Shown: positions 8,546 to 18,092, counted from the first letter of the stretch. The stretch is 64,000 nt of DNA from Amylibacter sp. (GCA_034670045.1 JAXMOF010000011.1:12121-76120), one strand, 5' to 3'. Program-made: numbers and translations. Notes: generated by a model from the sequence alone, not told the origin.

Positions 8546-10195
8546 ATGGGTGTCTCTGAGTATAACAAAAGGGCAAAAGCCGGTAATCTAGTGGTTGCCG
8601 TGGCAATTCTTGTCTGTGGTATTTCGTTTTTGTTGTATCGGGTGGGCCTGCTGACAAAAATGGTTTCGCTGAATGATATGGCGTCGGGGCTGGTGATTGT
8701 GGTGCTGGTGCTGCTGTTCGGGTTGGTGGTGGCCTATCAATGGCACATCAATGCACAGCGCAAAGAGATCATGGATCGGGATCGGGAAATCTCATTTGTG
8801 CAATCTGCGATGGATCTGCATAACATTGTAACGGTAACAGGGGCGGATTCGACCATCGTGTCGGTGAACGATAAGTTCTTGAAAGTATTCGGATATTCCA
8901 AATACGAAGCGGTCGGCAAGAAGATGGATCTGATCTATTCCGATCTGGGGGAAGACTCGGTTTACAGCGAAATTCTGGAATTCACTTCGCAGGGTAAAAT
9001 CTGGGAAGGCCGGCATCCCGCGCGTACGAAATCCGGTGAAATCCGCTATTTCCGCGCAACGATTGTGCCGCAATTCGATGATCGCGGAAAGCACATCAGC
9101 AATGTTTCGATCCGCCACGACATCACCGATTTGCGCAAGGCAGAACAGACCAAGCGGACTAATGCGATTCTCAGCAAGTTGCACGACGAGATCTATATCT
9201 TTGATTCGGTCACCCTTGATGTGGTCTATATGAACGAGCGGGCCTTGGAGCGGTGTGAATGGACGGCCGAGGAAAGCACCACCAAGCGGATTGTCGATAC
9301 GGATAAAAATTTCCACGAACCGGCGTTTCGTGCCCATGTGCGGCCCTTGTTTGACGGGTCCAAAAGTTCTGTTGTGATTTCGGTCAAACAGGCCAAAGGC
9401 TATGTAGAGGTTCACACAAGCCTGTTGGAACAGCTTGATGGCACCACGGTTTTTGTGTCGATTCTGCGCGATATCAATGATCGTATGGAACTTGATAAGG
9501 CGAAAATGTCGTCTGTTTCTGTGGTCAGCCACGAATTGCGCACGCCGATTACCTCGATCAAGGGCTCTTTGCAGTTGTTGCAGGCGCAGACGGCAGGGGT
9601 GCTGAACGAAAGCTCTGAATCCATGGTGGCTATTGCGCTGCGCAACTGTGACCGGTTGATGTTCATTGTGAATGACATTCTGGACATGGAGAAAATCCAT
9701 TCCGGTAAAATGGAATATGACCGCCAGAGTCATAACCTGCGCGCCCTGTTGGAAGAATCACTGGATGTAAACAAAGGGTATGGCGATCAGCATGACGTCA
9801 GCTTTGAATATGTCGCCAACGAGGACGAAGCCCATGCGGTTTGTGATCGGGACCGGATGATTCAGGTTATGTCGAATTTGATGTCCAACGCGGTAAAATT
9901 CTCGCCCAAGGGCGGCGTGGTGGAGATCGGTTTGCAGGACAACGTTAAGAATTGGTGTATTTCGGTGGCGGACCGCGGGCCGGGAATCAATCCCGAGGAC
10001 CAAAGCCGTCTGTTTGAAAGCTTTTCACAGGCGAAACCTGCGGATGGGAAGAAACGTGCTGGCACGGGGCTGGGGTTGGCAATCACCAAGAAAATTGTCC
10101 AGCATCACGGCGGCACATTGGGCCTGAAAAGTGAAGTGGGTAAGGGGACGACCTTTTATGTGTACCTTCCAAAGCCTGAAAAACTGGCGGCTTAG
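8546..10195 (+). CDS. Membrane PAS-domain sensor histidine kinase
   Basis: Two N-terminal TM segments, PAS-PAC, H-box SHELRTP, N-box NLMSNAVKF, G1 DRGPG, F-box LFESF and G2 GTGLGL. GGGGAG RBS. Confidence 0.93.
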   Translation: MGVSEYNKRAKAGNLVVAVAILVCGISFLLYRVGLLTKMVSLNDMASGLVIVVLVLLFGLVVAYQWHINAQRKEIMDRDREISFVQSAMDLHNIVTVTGADSTIVSVNDKFLKVFGYSKYEAVGKKMDLIYSDLGEDSVYSEILEFTSQGKIWEGRHPARTKSGEIRYFRATIVPQFDDRGKHISNVSIRHDITDLRKAEQTKRTNAILSKLHDEIYIFDSVTLDVVYMNERALERCEWTAEESTTKRIVDTDKNFHEPAFRAHVRPLFDGSKSSVVISVKQAKGYVEVHTSLLEQLDGTTVFVSILRDINDRMELDKAKMSSVSVVSHELRTPITSIKGSLQLLQAQTAGVLNESSESMVAIALRNCDRLMFIVNDILDMEKIHSGKMEYDRQSHNLRALLEESLDVNKGYGDQHDVSFEYVANEDEAHAVCDRDRMIQVMSNLMSNAVKFSPKGGVVEIGLQDNVKNWCISVADRGPGINPEDQSRLFESFSQAKPADGKKRAGTGLGLAITKKIVQHHGGTLGLKSEVGKGTTFYVYLPKPEKLAA

Positions 10196-10253
10196 CACCT
10201 ATTTCCTTTGCGGCGCGTTACCAGCGCCAACGTACCTTCGGTGACGTACAAAC

Positions 10254-10284
10254 AAAAGCATAGCGCGGCTTGCGCTGTGCTTTT
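10254..10284. terminator. Bidirectional intrinsic terminator between the kinase and tRNA-His
   Basis: AAAAGCATAGCGC-GGCTT-GCGCTGTGCTTTT. Confidence 0.8.
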
Positions 10285-10301
10285 GGTTTTAAAGGGGGGG
10301 A

Positions 10302-10378
10302 TGGTACCAGCGCCCCGGCTCGAACGGGGGGCCTCTTGATCCACAATCAAGCGCTCTAACCTACTGAGCTACGCCGGC
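10302..10378 (-). tRNA. tRNA-His (GUG)
   Basis: Minus strand reads GCCGGCGTAGCTCAG...CTTGA-TTGTGGA-TCAAG...GTTCGA...CGCTGGT-A-CCA. CCA is encoded. Confidence 0.97.
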
Positions 10379-10482
10379 ACTGGGGCTGCGTTTAAACATC
10401 TAAACTATGGAATGCAAGACTGATCTGGCTTGAAAATGCATGGAATTTACGTTAGCGCCAGATCAATCATGAGGAGTGTGAC

Positions 10483-10671
10483 ATGGGTATCAATACCGAA
10501 CGGGATTTAGAGGCGAATTTGCAGATCGGGCCAACCACAGACGGGATGGTTCGGTTGTTCATTGAAGGCAATGGCGTGGAAATCCCGCTGGACTTTGATC
10601 CGGAAGAAGCCTTGGAAATCGCAGAAGAAATCAAAGCGGCCGCAGCACAGGCGTCGGCTGTTTCCAAATAG
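10483..10671 (+). CDS. Small conserved hypothetical protein (DUF6324-like from memory)
   Basis: GAGGAG RBS; acidic 62-aa ORF (LQIGPTTDGMVRLFIE...DFDPEEA). Confidence 0.7.
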   Translation: MGINTERDLEANLQIGPTTDGMVRLFIEGNGVEIPLDFDPEEALEIAEEIKAAAAQASAVSK

Positions 10672-10729
10672 GCCTTTGCGGCGGATCACAGATTGACAGC
10701 AGGGGCGCAGACTGTCCAATGTCCGATCT

Positions 10730-11590
10730 ATGAAATATCCGCCGCAAAACCCCGCCCCCGCAGATGCCGCCGCACGGCGTGCCATCGCCCCGACAGTCTG
10801 CTATCCGATCGAGACCCTGCCAAAGCCTGACATGGCGCTTTATAGCGCTGCACGGGCCGCGTTAACCAAGGTGGATGAGCTGATAATTCCGCCTCGAGAC
10901 GCCCGCTGCTGGGTCCTGCCAGCAGGCCATTTCTGCCGTATTGTCAGCATTGAAGGCCCACAGGTCGGGGATTTGAACCTGTGGAGCCAGCATGATCTGA
11001 ACGAACGGTTTTATTCGGGTAAAACAAGGGCTTTACACGGAACCCATGTGTCCACAGGCGATCAGTTATGGTCCACAATCCCGACAGTGCGCCCGCTGGC
11101 GACTGTGACCCATGATACGCTGGACTGGTATGGCTGGGATGAATTTGGCGGCTCTGTGCATGATGTGATCGGGACGCGATGTGACCCTTATACCAATCAT
11201 GTGTTGAATGGTACGGATTACCACTATTGCTGCCATTCCAACCTTAGCCGAGCGCTAGCGGAATTCACCGGAACACCCGTGACCCAGGCCGAGCTGTTGG
11301 TTCATGACGTGTGTAACGTGTTTATGGCCACGGGGTTCATGCCCGATACAAAACAGTACTTCATGAAGGCCAGCCCTGTGCGGCCGGGGGATTATTTCGA
11401 ATTCTTCGCCGAAACCGATTTGATCGGCGGGCTGTCCGCCTGTCCGGGCGGGGATTGTTCGGCGCAGCATTCCAGCGACACTGCAGCCTGTTATCCGCTG
11501 AAAGTTGAGGTGTTCAAACCTGCAGAAGGCAGTTTGGACGGGTGGTCGCCCGCGTCGGTGAACGGGTATTCGCGCACCCACGGGGTTTGA
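10730..11590 (+). CDS. Urea-carboxylase-associated family protein (DUF1989-like)
   Basis: GPQVGDLNLW, HDVIGTRCDPY, CCHSNL, SACPGGD. Confidence 0.85.
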   Translation: MKYPPQNPAPADAAARRAIAPTVCYPIETLPKPDMALYSAARAALTKVDELIIPPRDARCWVLPAGHFCRIVSIEGPQVGDLNLWSQHDLNERFYSGKTRALHGTHVSTGDQLWSTIPTVRPLATVTHDTLDWYGWDEFGGSVHDVIGTRCDPYTNHVLNGTDYHYCCHSNLSRALAEFTGTPVTQAELLVHDVCNVFMATGFMPDTKQYFMKASPVRPGDYFEFFAETDLIGGLSACPGGDCSAQHSSDTAACYPLKVEVFKPAEGSLDGWSPASVNGYSRTHGV

Positions 11591-11641
11591 CCCCTCTTGC
11601 AGAGGGGGCCTGCAGCTTTTGGATATTTGACCCAAAAAGAG
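11591..11641. repeat. Hairpin plus GGATATTT...AAAAAGAG element between convergent genes
   Basis: CCCCTCT-TGC-AGAGGGG hairpin followed by a tail that resembles 22970-23014. Confidence 0.35.
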
Positions 11642-11655
11642 CCGTTGGGGCGGGG

Positions 11656-12642
11656 TTATGCGTATTTTTCCGGTGCGACCCATTGCGATGCCGAGTATCT
11701 GTCGCCCCATGCCCAGCCTACGGGCAGGATACGTTCGATTTCCTCCATATCGGCGCTGGTTAAGGTGATGTCACAGGCGTTTTGCCATTCGGCCAGATGT
11801 GCGGCGGTGCGGGTCGCGGGGATCGGTATCATATGCGGTCCACGGTGCAGCAGCCAAGCCAGTGCCGTGGCGCTGGTGGTCCAGCCGCGCGATTGTGCGA
11901 AGGCTTGGAATTTGGCGATCTGGCGGATGTTGTCCGAATAATTGGGTTCCATAAAGCGGGGGTTTTCGTTTCGAAAGTCCTTTTGCGCAATGTCCTGCCG
12001 TTGGATCGGCTGATCCGCGAACATGCCCCGCGCGATGGGGGAGAAGGGTACAAATGCCACGCCAAGGCGCGCGCAATCCTGCACCAGACCCAGTTCCGGT
12101 GAGCGGGTCCAGAGCGAATATTCCGATTGCACTGCTGTACAGGGATGGATGGCATGGGCGCGGCGCAACGTGGTCGGAGAGATTTCGGACAGGCCATAGC
12201 CGCCGATTTTGCCCTCTTTGATAAAGGTTTGCAGAGTGTCGATCAGCTCCTCTATCGGGCGATCCTGTTCACGGCGATGGATGTAATACAGCGTCACGTG
12301 ATCTGTGTTCAGCCGTTTCAGCGAGCCTTCGAGAGCGGAGCGCAGGTATGCACCGTCGTTATCGATTCTACGTCCGTTTTCATCAATCCGAATGCCGCCT
12401 TTGGTGGCAATGTGAAACCGGTCAGGGTGTTGTTTGCGGTAGCTGCCGATGATGGATTCCGACAGGCCGAGGCCATAAAGCTCGGCTGTGTCCAGAAAGG
12501 TGATCCCAGCCTCCCAAGCGGCATCAAGACAGGCATGGCTGGTGGCTTCGTCTGTGGGGCCGAAGGCGCCTGCGAAGGACATGCAGCCAAGGCCGATGGC
12601 GCTGACGTTCGGGCCGTTCCGGCCGAGTTGACGGGTTTTCAT
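11656..12642 (-). CDS. Aldo/keto reductase
   Basis: IGLGCMS, FLDTAELYG, IATKGG, LYYIHR, GLSE, AVQSEYSLW, IPAT. Confidence 0.93.
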   Translation of the reverse strand: MKTRQLGRNGPNVSAIGLGCMSFAGAFGPTDEATSHACLDAAWEAGITFLDTAELYGLGLSESIIGSYRKQHPDRFHIATKGGIRIDENGRRIDNDGAYLRSALEGSLKRLNTDHVTLYYIHRREQDRPIEELIDTLQTFIKEGKIGGYGLSEISPTTLRRAHAIHPCTAVQSEYSLWTRSPELGLVQDCARLGVAFVPFSPIARGMFADQPIQRQDIAQKDFRNENPRFMEPNYSDNIRQIAKFQAFAQSRGWTTSATALAWLLHRGPHMIPIPATRTAAHLAEWQNACDITLTSADMEEIERILPVGWAWGDRYSASQWVAPEKYA

Positions 12643-12705
12643 CGGGTGTCCTTTCGCGCAGGGGTGTCCTGCGCAAAAGAACGGGGATTGAGACCGGACG
12701 CAAGG

Positions 12706-14670
12706 CTATTCTGCGGCCACGGCCTTGGTGTCCAGCAGGGCGACGATGTCCATCATGATGGTGTTCAGTTCAAAATCTTTCGGGGTATAGACTTTGGCCA
12801 CGCCTATGGCACGCAGGTGTGCGGCGTCGTCGTCAGGGATAATACCGCCTACAATCAAGGGGATATCCGAAATGCCAGCAGCCTGCATGCGTTTTAGAAC
12901 GTCTTCGATCAGGGGCACGTGGGACCCTGACAGGATCGACAGGCCGATCACATGGGCATTTTCGTTCAACGCGGCATTGACGATTTGTTCAGGGGTCAGG
13001 CGGATGCCTTCGTAGGTGATATCCATGCCGCAATCGCGCGCGCGTACGGCAATTTGTTCGGCCCCGTTAGAGTGACCGTCCAGCCCTGGTTTACCCACGA
13101 CAAATTTCAACCGGCGGCCGAGTTTATCGGAAACAGCGTCAACAGCCTCGCGGATGTGATCCAGTCCCTGGGTCTGGTTCGACACCGATTTACCAACGCC
13201 GGTCGGGGCGCGGTATTCGCCGAATACGGCGCGGATGGCGCTGCCCCATTCGCCTGTGGTGGCACCTGCTTTTGCCGCCGCGATAGACGCAGGCATGATG
13301 TTTGTGCCATCTTTGGCTGCTTGGCGCAGATCGGTAAGGGCGGCTTGAACAGCGCCTTCGTCACGGGACTTGCGCCATGCGTCCAGGCGTTGGATCTGGT
13401 CCGCTTCGGCGGCTTTATCCACCACCATGATTGCGCCGTCCCCCGCAGTCAGCGGGCTATCTGCGCCTTCGGTGAATTTATTCACGCCGATGACTGTGGT
13501 GTCGCCGTTTTCGATGCGGCCAAGGCGGGCGGAATTGGAATCAACCAGTCGGCCTTTCATATATTCAATGGCGGCAACGGCGCCGCCCATGCCGTCGATC
13601 TGGGCCAACTCGTCGCGCGCGCCCTGTTTCAGGGCCTCGACCTTGCGATCCACGGCGGGGTTGCCGTCGAACAGGTCGTCGTATTCCAGCAGGTCGGTTT
13701 CAAAGGCGAGGATTTGTTGCATGCGCAGGGACCATTGCTGGTCCCAAGGGCGGGGCAGGCCCAAAGCCTCGTTCCAGGCGGGCAATTGCACGGCGCGGGC
13801 GCGGGCGTTTTTGGACAGGGTAACCGCCAGCATTTCGATCAGAATGCGGTAGACGTTGTTTTCGGGCTGTTGTTCGGTCAGACCGAGCGAGTTCACCTGC
13901 ACCCCGTAGCGGAATCGGCGCATTTTGGCGTCCGTGACACCGTAGCGGTGTTCGCAGATTTCATCCCACAGATCCACAAAAGCGCGCATTTTGCACATTT
14001 CAGTGACGAAGCGGATGCCTGCGTTCACAAAGAATGAAATGCGCCCCACCACTGTGGCGAAATCCTCGGCGGGGACTTTGTTGCGCACGTCGTCCAACAC
14101 GGCTGTGGCTGTGGCCAGCGCAAAGGCAAGTTCCTGTTCCGGTGTCGCGCCGGCCTCTTGCAGGTGATAGGAACAGACGTTCATCGGGTTCCATTTGGGC
14201 ACGTTTGTATAGCAATAGGCGGCCACGTCGGTGATCATCCGAAGCGATGGTTTTGGCGGGCAAACATAGGTGCCACGGGACAGGTATTCTTTGATTATGT
14301 CATTCTGAACAGTGCCTTGCAGGTTTTTCACATCTGCGCCCTGTTCTTCAGCCACCGCGATGTATAGCGCCAGCAGCCAGGGTGCTGTGGCGTTGATCGT
14401 CATGGATGTGTTCATCTTTTCCAGCGGTATATCGTCAAACAGCGCCCGCATGTCACCAAGGTGGGACACGGGCACGCCGACTTTGCCAACCTCGCCGCGG
14501 GCCAGTTCGTGGTCGCTGTCATAGCCTGTCTGTGTGGGCAGATCAAAGGCCACGGACAGCCCTGTCTGGCCCTTGGCAAGGTTGCCGCGATACAACGCGT
14601 TACTGTCTTTGGCGGTGGAGTGGCCCGCATATGTGCGGAACAGCCAAGGGCGGTCTGGTGTGTTTGTCAT
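12706..14670 (-). CDS. ecm: Ethylmalonyl-CoA mutase (B12-dependent, MeaA)
   Basis: RTYAGHS, GLSVAFDLPTQTGYD, B12-binding KPGLDGHSNG and GLSILSG; ccr lies nearby. Confidence 0.92.
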   Translation of the reverse strand: MTNTPDRPWLFRTYAGHSTAKDSNALYRGNLAKGQTGLSVAFDLPTQTGYDSDHELARGEVGKVGVPVSHLGDMRALFDDIPLEKMNTSMTINATAPWLLALYIAVAEEQGADVKNLQGTVQNDIIKEYLSRGTYVCPPKPSLRMITDVAAYCYTNVPKWNPMNVCSYHLQEAGATPEQELAFALATATAVLDDVRNKVPAEDFATVVGRISFFVNAGIRFVTEMCKMRAFVDLWDEICEHRYGVTDAKMRRFRYGVQVNSLGLTEQQPENNVYRILIEMLAVTLSKNARARAVQLPAWNEALGLPRPWDQQWSLRMQQILAFETDLLEYDDLFDGNPAVDRKVEALKQGARDELAQIDGMGGAVAAIEYMKGRLVDSNSARLGRIENGDTTVIGVNKFTEGADSPLTAGDGAIMVVDKAAEADQIQRLDAWRKSRDEGAVQAALTDLRQAAKDGTNIMPASIAAAKAGATTGEWGSAIRAVFGEYRAPTGVGKSVSNQTQGLDHIREAVDAVSDKLGRRLKFVVGKPGLDGHSNGAEQIAVRARDCGMDITYEGIRLTPEQIVNAALNENAHVIGLSILSGSHVPLIEDVLKRMQAAGISDIPLIVGGIIPDDDAAHLRAIGVAKVYTPKDFELNTIMMDIVALLDTKAVAAE

Positions 14671-14689
14671 GGTTCGCGACTCCGATCTG

Positions 14690-14704
14690 TGCTGCGCCGC
14701 AGCA
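14690..14704. promoter_or_regulatory. PhaR-type operator upstream of ecm
   Basis: Perfect palindrome TGCTGCG-C-CGCAGCA containing CTGC-N3-GCAG, 20 bp from the start codon. Confidence 0.5.
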
Positions 14705-14824
14705 TAAGTTATAAAATTACCCTAATGCAACCTTTTGTATAATATTCGTGCGCGGAAATTTTAGGCAGTCGCCTTTATCGGGTGCAATCAGCCCCGTTGG
14801 AACCAAGCTTTTGCCTTTTCTGTA

Positions 14825-14843
14825 TTGCACAAAAACAGTGCAA
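14825..14843. promoter_or_regulatory. Inverted repeat TTGCAC-N7-GTGCAA, candidate operator
   Basis: Perfect 6-7-6 dyad about 45 bp upstream of the acyltransferase ATG. Confidence 0.3.
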
Positions 14844-14888
14844 CTAATCAATTGGCGGGGGGCGTGAAACAGGTTACATCTGATCGTC

Positions 14889-16268
14889 ATGTTTGAGACA
14901 TTGGAAATCAAGGTTTGGGTTGTTTGGGTGGCAGGGCTGTTGGCGCTGGCAGGCTTGCTGGATCGAATCCTGATGCCTTCGGTTCGCTGGTATTTGCGGC
15001 GGCGGTTCAACAAGGCGATCGAGCAGTTGAACACGCGGCTGCAATTGCAGATCCAGCCCTTCAAACTGACCGAGCGGCAGGTGATGGTAGACCGGCTGGC
15101 CCATGATCCCCAAGTGATGGAGGCCGTGTTGGAGCATTCCAACGCAGAGGGCATTCCCTATCATGTGGCCGCTGACATGGCGATGCGCTACGCCCGCGAG
15201 ATCGTTCCTTCGTTTTCGGCTTTTGCCTATTTCGGCTTTGGCATCCGCTTTGCCCGCTGGCTCAGCCGCGCCTTGTACCGCGTTCGGCTGGGCTATGTGG
15301 ATGAAACCGCGCTGCAAAATATGGACCCGAATGCCACAGTGGTTTTTGTGATGAACCACAGATCCAACATGGATTACGTGATCGTCACCTTTCTGGCGGC
15401 ACAGCGCTCTGCGTTGTCTTATGCCGTAGGGGAGTGGGCGCGGGTTTGGCCGTTAAAGCAGTTGATCCGCTCGACGGGGGCGTATTTTATCCGCCGTAAG
15501 TCGCGTAACCTGCTGTATCGGCGTGTTTTATCGCGCTATGTTCAAATGGCCACGGCTGCGGGCGTCACGCAGGCTGTGTTCCCCGAAGGCAGCCTGTCAC
15601 GGGATGGCAGCCTGAAACCAGCCAAACTGGGGCTGCTGAACTATATCGTTTCCGATTTTGATCCCGCACAGGACAGGGACGTGGTGTTTGTGCCTGTGGG
15701 CGTGAATTATGACCGCGTGTTAGAAGACCGTGTGTTGCTGGCAGCCCATCGGGGGGAAAAGACCGGTATCTGGTTCAAACTATGGACGTTCTTGCATTTC
15801 ATGGTGCGCCACCTCTGGCTGCGTCTGACTGGCCGGTTCTATAAGTTCGGATATGCCAGCGTCAGTTTCGGGGTGCCGATTTCCCTAAAGGGCTTTCTGT
15901 CAGGTCAGGAGGCCATGTCCCATGAACGGATGACGGCCAATCTGGGGCGGGAGCTGATGCAACAGGTGGGGCTGGTGGTGCCGGTTTTGCCGGTTTCGCT
16001 GATCTCGACCGTGTTGTTGGATCACGGGGAAACCCCGCTTGGACAAGAACAGGTGCAAACTCTGGCGCGCGAAGAACTGGACAGGCTGATGGCCAAAGGC
16101 GCGCATATGCATATACCGCGCAAGAATCTGGATTACGCGGTGGAGATCGGTCTGCGGATGCTGATCCTGCGCCGTGCCTTGGTTCTTAAGGACGGGTTGT
16201 ACCATTTTAAACCCGACCAGTTGCAGTTGATCCAGTATTACGCCAACGCCATCGCCCATTTGCGCTGA
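14889..16268 (+). CDS. Glycerolipid acyltransferase (PlsB/PlsC superfamily)
   Basis: NHRSNMD (HX4D) and FPEG motifs; N-terminal TM segment. Confidence 0.85.
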   Translation: MFETLEIKVWVVWVAGLLALAGLLDRILMPSVRWYLRRRFNKAIEQLNTRLQLQIQPFKLTERQVMVDRLAHDPQVMEAVLEHSNAEGIPYHVAADMAMRYAREIVPSFSAFAYFGFGIRFARWLSRALYRVRLGYVDETALQNMDPNATVVFVMNHRSNMDYVIVTFLAAQRSALSYAVGEWARVWPLKQLIRSTGAYFIRRKSRNLLYRRVLSRYVQMATAAGVTQAVFPEGSLSRDGSLKPAKLGLLNYIVSDFDPAQDRDVVFVPVGVNYDRVLEDRVLLAAHRGEKTGIWFKLWTFLHFMVRHLWLRLTGRFYKFGYASVSFGVPISLKGFLSGQEAMSHERMTANLGRELMQQVGLVVPVLPVSLISTVLLDHGETPLGQEQVQTLAREELDRLMAKGAHMHIPRKNLDYAVEIGLRMLILRRALVLKDGLYHFKPDQLQLIQYYANAIAHLR

Positions 16269-16362
16269 ACGCAGACGAGCATTGCACTGCGCGCTAGTGA
16301 CAGGTGCAAATCCCCCCGCTATAAGCGCCGCGAACACCTTAAATTGCATGGAAAAGACAAAA

Positions 16363-17280
16363 ATGATCCAAGTTTTTGGCCATCTGGCCCCCGATACAGA
16401 CGCAACCGGCTCCGCTATTGTGTGGTCTTGGTATCTGAACGAAGTCAAAAGTCGGGCTGCTGCGCCAAAACTGTTGGGCACGCCGAACACCGAGGCCGCT
16501 TTTGTTCTGACCCGCTGGGGCTTTGATCAGCCGGAAATTATTGCCGATGTGGCCGAGGGTGATGACGTTGTGATCGTGGATACCAACAACCCTGCGGAAT
16601 TGCCGCCGTCGATCAATGATGCGAATGTTCTGGAAATCATCGACCACCATATGCTGGTTGGCGGGCTGAAAACCAAAGGCCCGATCAATATCACCGTTCG
16701 TCCGCTGGCGTGTACTGCGACGGTCATGGCCAATCTTATGGGCGACGATCTGGCCAAAGCGCCTGAAGGCATCAAAGGTGTGATGCTGTCGTGTATTCTT
16801 TCGGACACGCTGGAATTCCGCTCCCCCACCACAACAGAGGCGGATGTGGCATGTGCCAAGGCGCTGGCCACTGAACTGGGTGTGGATATTTCCGAATATG
16901 CCGCTGAAATGTTCGCAGCCAAATCCGATGTATCCGCCTTTTCCGACGCGGAACTGCTGCGGATGGATTCCAAGAAATACGAAGTGGGCGGCAAGAATTT
17001 CCGCGTGTCGGTTCTGGAAACAACCACACCTGCAATCGTTCTGGACCGCAAAGCCAGCCTGATGGACACAATGACAACTGTCGCTGCCGAAGACGGCGTC
17101 GATCAGGTTTTGTTGTTTGTTGTGGACATTCTGAACGAAGAATCAACGTTGCTGGTGGCCAATGATCTGGTGAAAACAGTGGCTGAAAAATCTTTCGGCG
17201 CCACAGTTTCCGGCGATACCGTTGTTTTGCCGGGCGTTGTCAGCCGCAAAAAACAAATCATCCCGCAATTGGCCGTTTAA
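16363..17280 (+). CDS. ppaC: Mn-dependent inorganic pyrophosphatase, family II (DHH)
   Basis: GHLAPDTD, VIVDTN, IIDHH, ILSDTL, MDSKKY, GVVSRKKQIIP. Confidence 0.93.
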   Translation: MIQVFGHLAPDTDATGSAIVWSWYLNEVKSRAAAPKLLGTPNTEAAFVLTRWGFDQPEIIADVAEGDDVVIVDTNNPAELPPSINDANVLEIIDHHMLVGGLKTKGPINITVRPLACTATVMANLMGDDLAKAPEGIKGVMLSCILSDTLEFRSPTTTEADVACAKALATELGVDISEYAAEMFAAKSDVSAFSDAELLRMDSKKYEVGGKNFRVSVLETTTPAIVLDRKASLMDTMTTVAAEDGVDQVLLFVVDILNEESTLLVANDLVKTVAEKSFGATVSGDTVVLPGVVSRKKQIIPQLAV

Positions 17281-17320
17281 CACCGGTTCGAAACAGGGGA
17301 TGCCCCCGTTAGATCACGTT

Positions 17321-17361
17321 AAGGGTCGGGCTGGCGTTAATACGCTGCCCGACCCTTTTTT
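17321..17361 (+). terminator. Intrinsic terminator after ppaC
   Basis: GGGTCGGGC...GCCCGACCC followed by TTTTTT. Confidence 0.8.
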
Positions 17362-17444
17362 CTGGCGTGTTCAGATTGCAGATGTGTTGACGGATTGGGT
17401 TCAACGGTTCAGGATTGCCCATATCCGGACTAAGGAGATCGGGA

Positions 17445-17816
17445 TTGGACGCCAAAGAAATGTACGAAGATTTCTGCGTCAGCTTTCCTGAGGCGGGCCA
17501 AGCGACCGATCAAAGGCATGCAGAGTTTTTTGGCGTCGAAGACGATACCCCCATTCTGTGGTTTGAAAGCCTTGCAATCGTTTTGAACGCACAGATGGGA
17601 GCGCAGGGTAAAGGCCCTGAACTGGCTGCGATTTTCAAATTTTTTGAAGAAAAATACAAAAGCGGAAGTCAGGAGATCAGGAAAACCATCGACGCTGGTT
17701 TTGTCGAGAATCTGTTCTGGGAGGTTCCCCCGTCGCGGGCAGAACCTGTGTGGGCCAGCCTGCCTCGGGTTTTGCAACACTTGTATCTTGGCTTTCATGG
17801 ACGCCCGCCAATTTAG
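17445..17816 (+). CDS. Hypothetical all-helical protein (DUF7674-like from memory)
   Basis: TAAGGAG RBS then TTG at 17445. Motifs WFESLA and IDAGFVENLFW...LQHLYLGFHG. Confidence 0.65.
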   Translation: MDAKEMYEDFCVSFPEAGQATDQRHAEFFGVEDDTPILWFESLAIVLNAQMGAQGKGPELAAIFKFFEEKYKSGSQEIRKTIDAGFVENLFWEVPPSRAEPVWASLPRVLQHLYLGFHGRPPI

Positions 17817-18077
17817 GGGGAACGGGCAGGGACGCCGCGCCTTGGTTGTGTGTCTGCCCTTTCGTAACAGCGAGGCAGCTCTGACGCAGTCAGGCCGTTA
17901 GGGCCGCCCGAAGGATTCTGTTCAATCTATCAAACGGGCATTGCTTGCGTGTGGTTCAGCCCTGCGGACGCGTGCGTGTGACTTGGGGGAAGGTGTAAAA
18001 AAATGCTTCAAAACCCGCCGCGCAATTAAATTTCGTCCAGAGGGTGCATTTTTTATGATTATTGCTATTGCGATTTT

Positions 18078-18092
18078 TGCTGCGTTGCGGCA
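18078..18092. promoter_or_regulatory. PhaR-type operator upstream of ccr (imperfect)
   Basis: TGCTGCG-T-TGCGGCA, 12/15 identical to the ecm palindrome. Confidence 0.4.

Noticed and set aside
4809-10302. Integrative element at tRNA-His
   Set aside because: No integrase, no duplicated tRNA 3' end and no mobility genes were found. The region is kept only as a possible accessory cassette.
12127-14037. Long plus-strand ORFs (256 and 361 aa) opposite the AKR and ecm genes
   Set aside because: Shadow frames typical of GC-rich coding DNA; no motifs.
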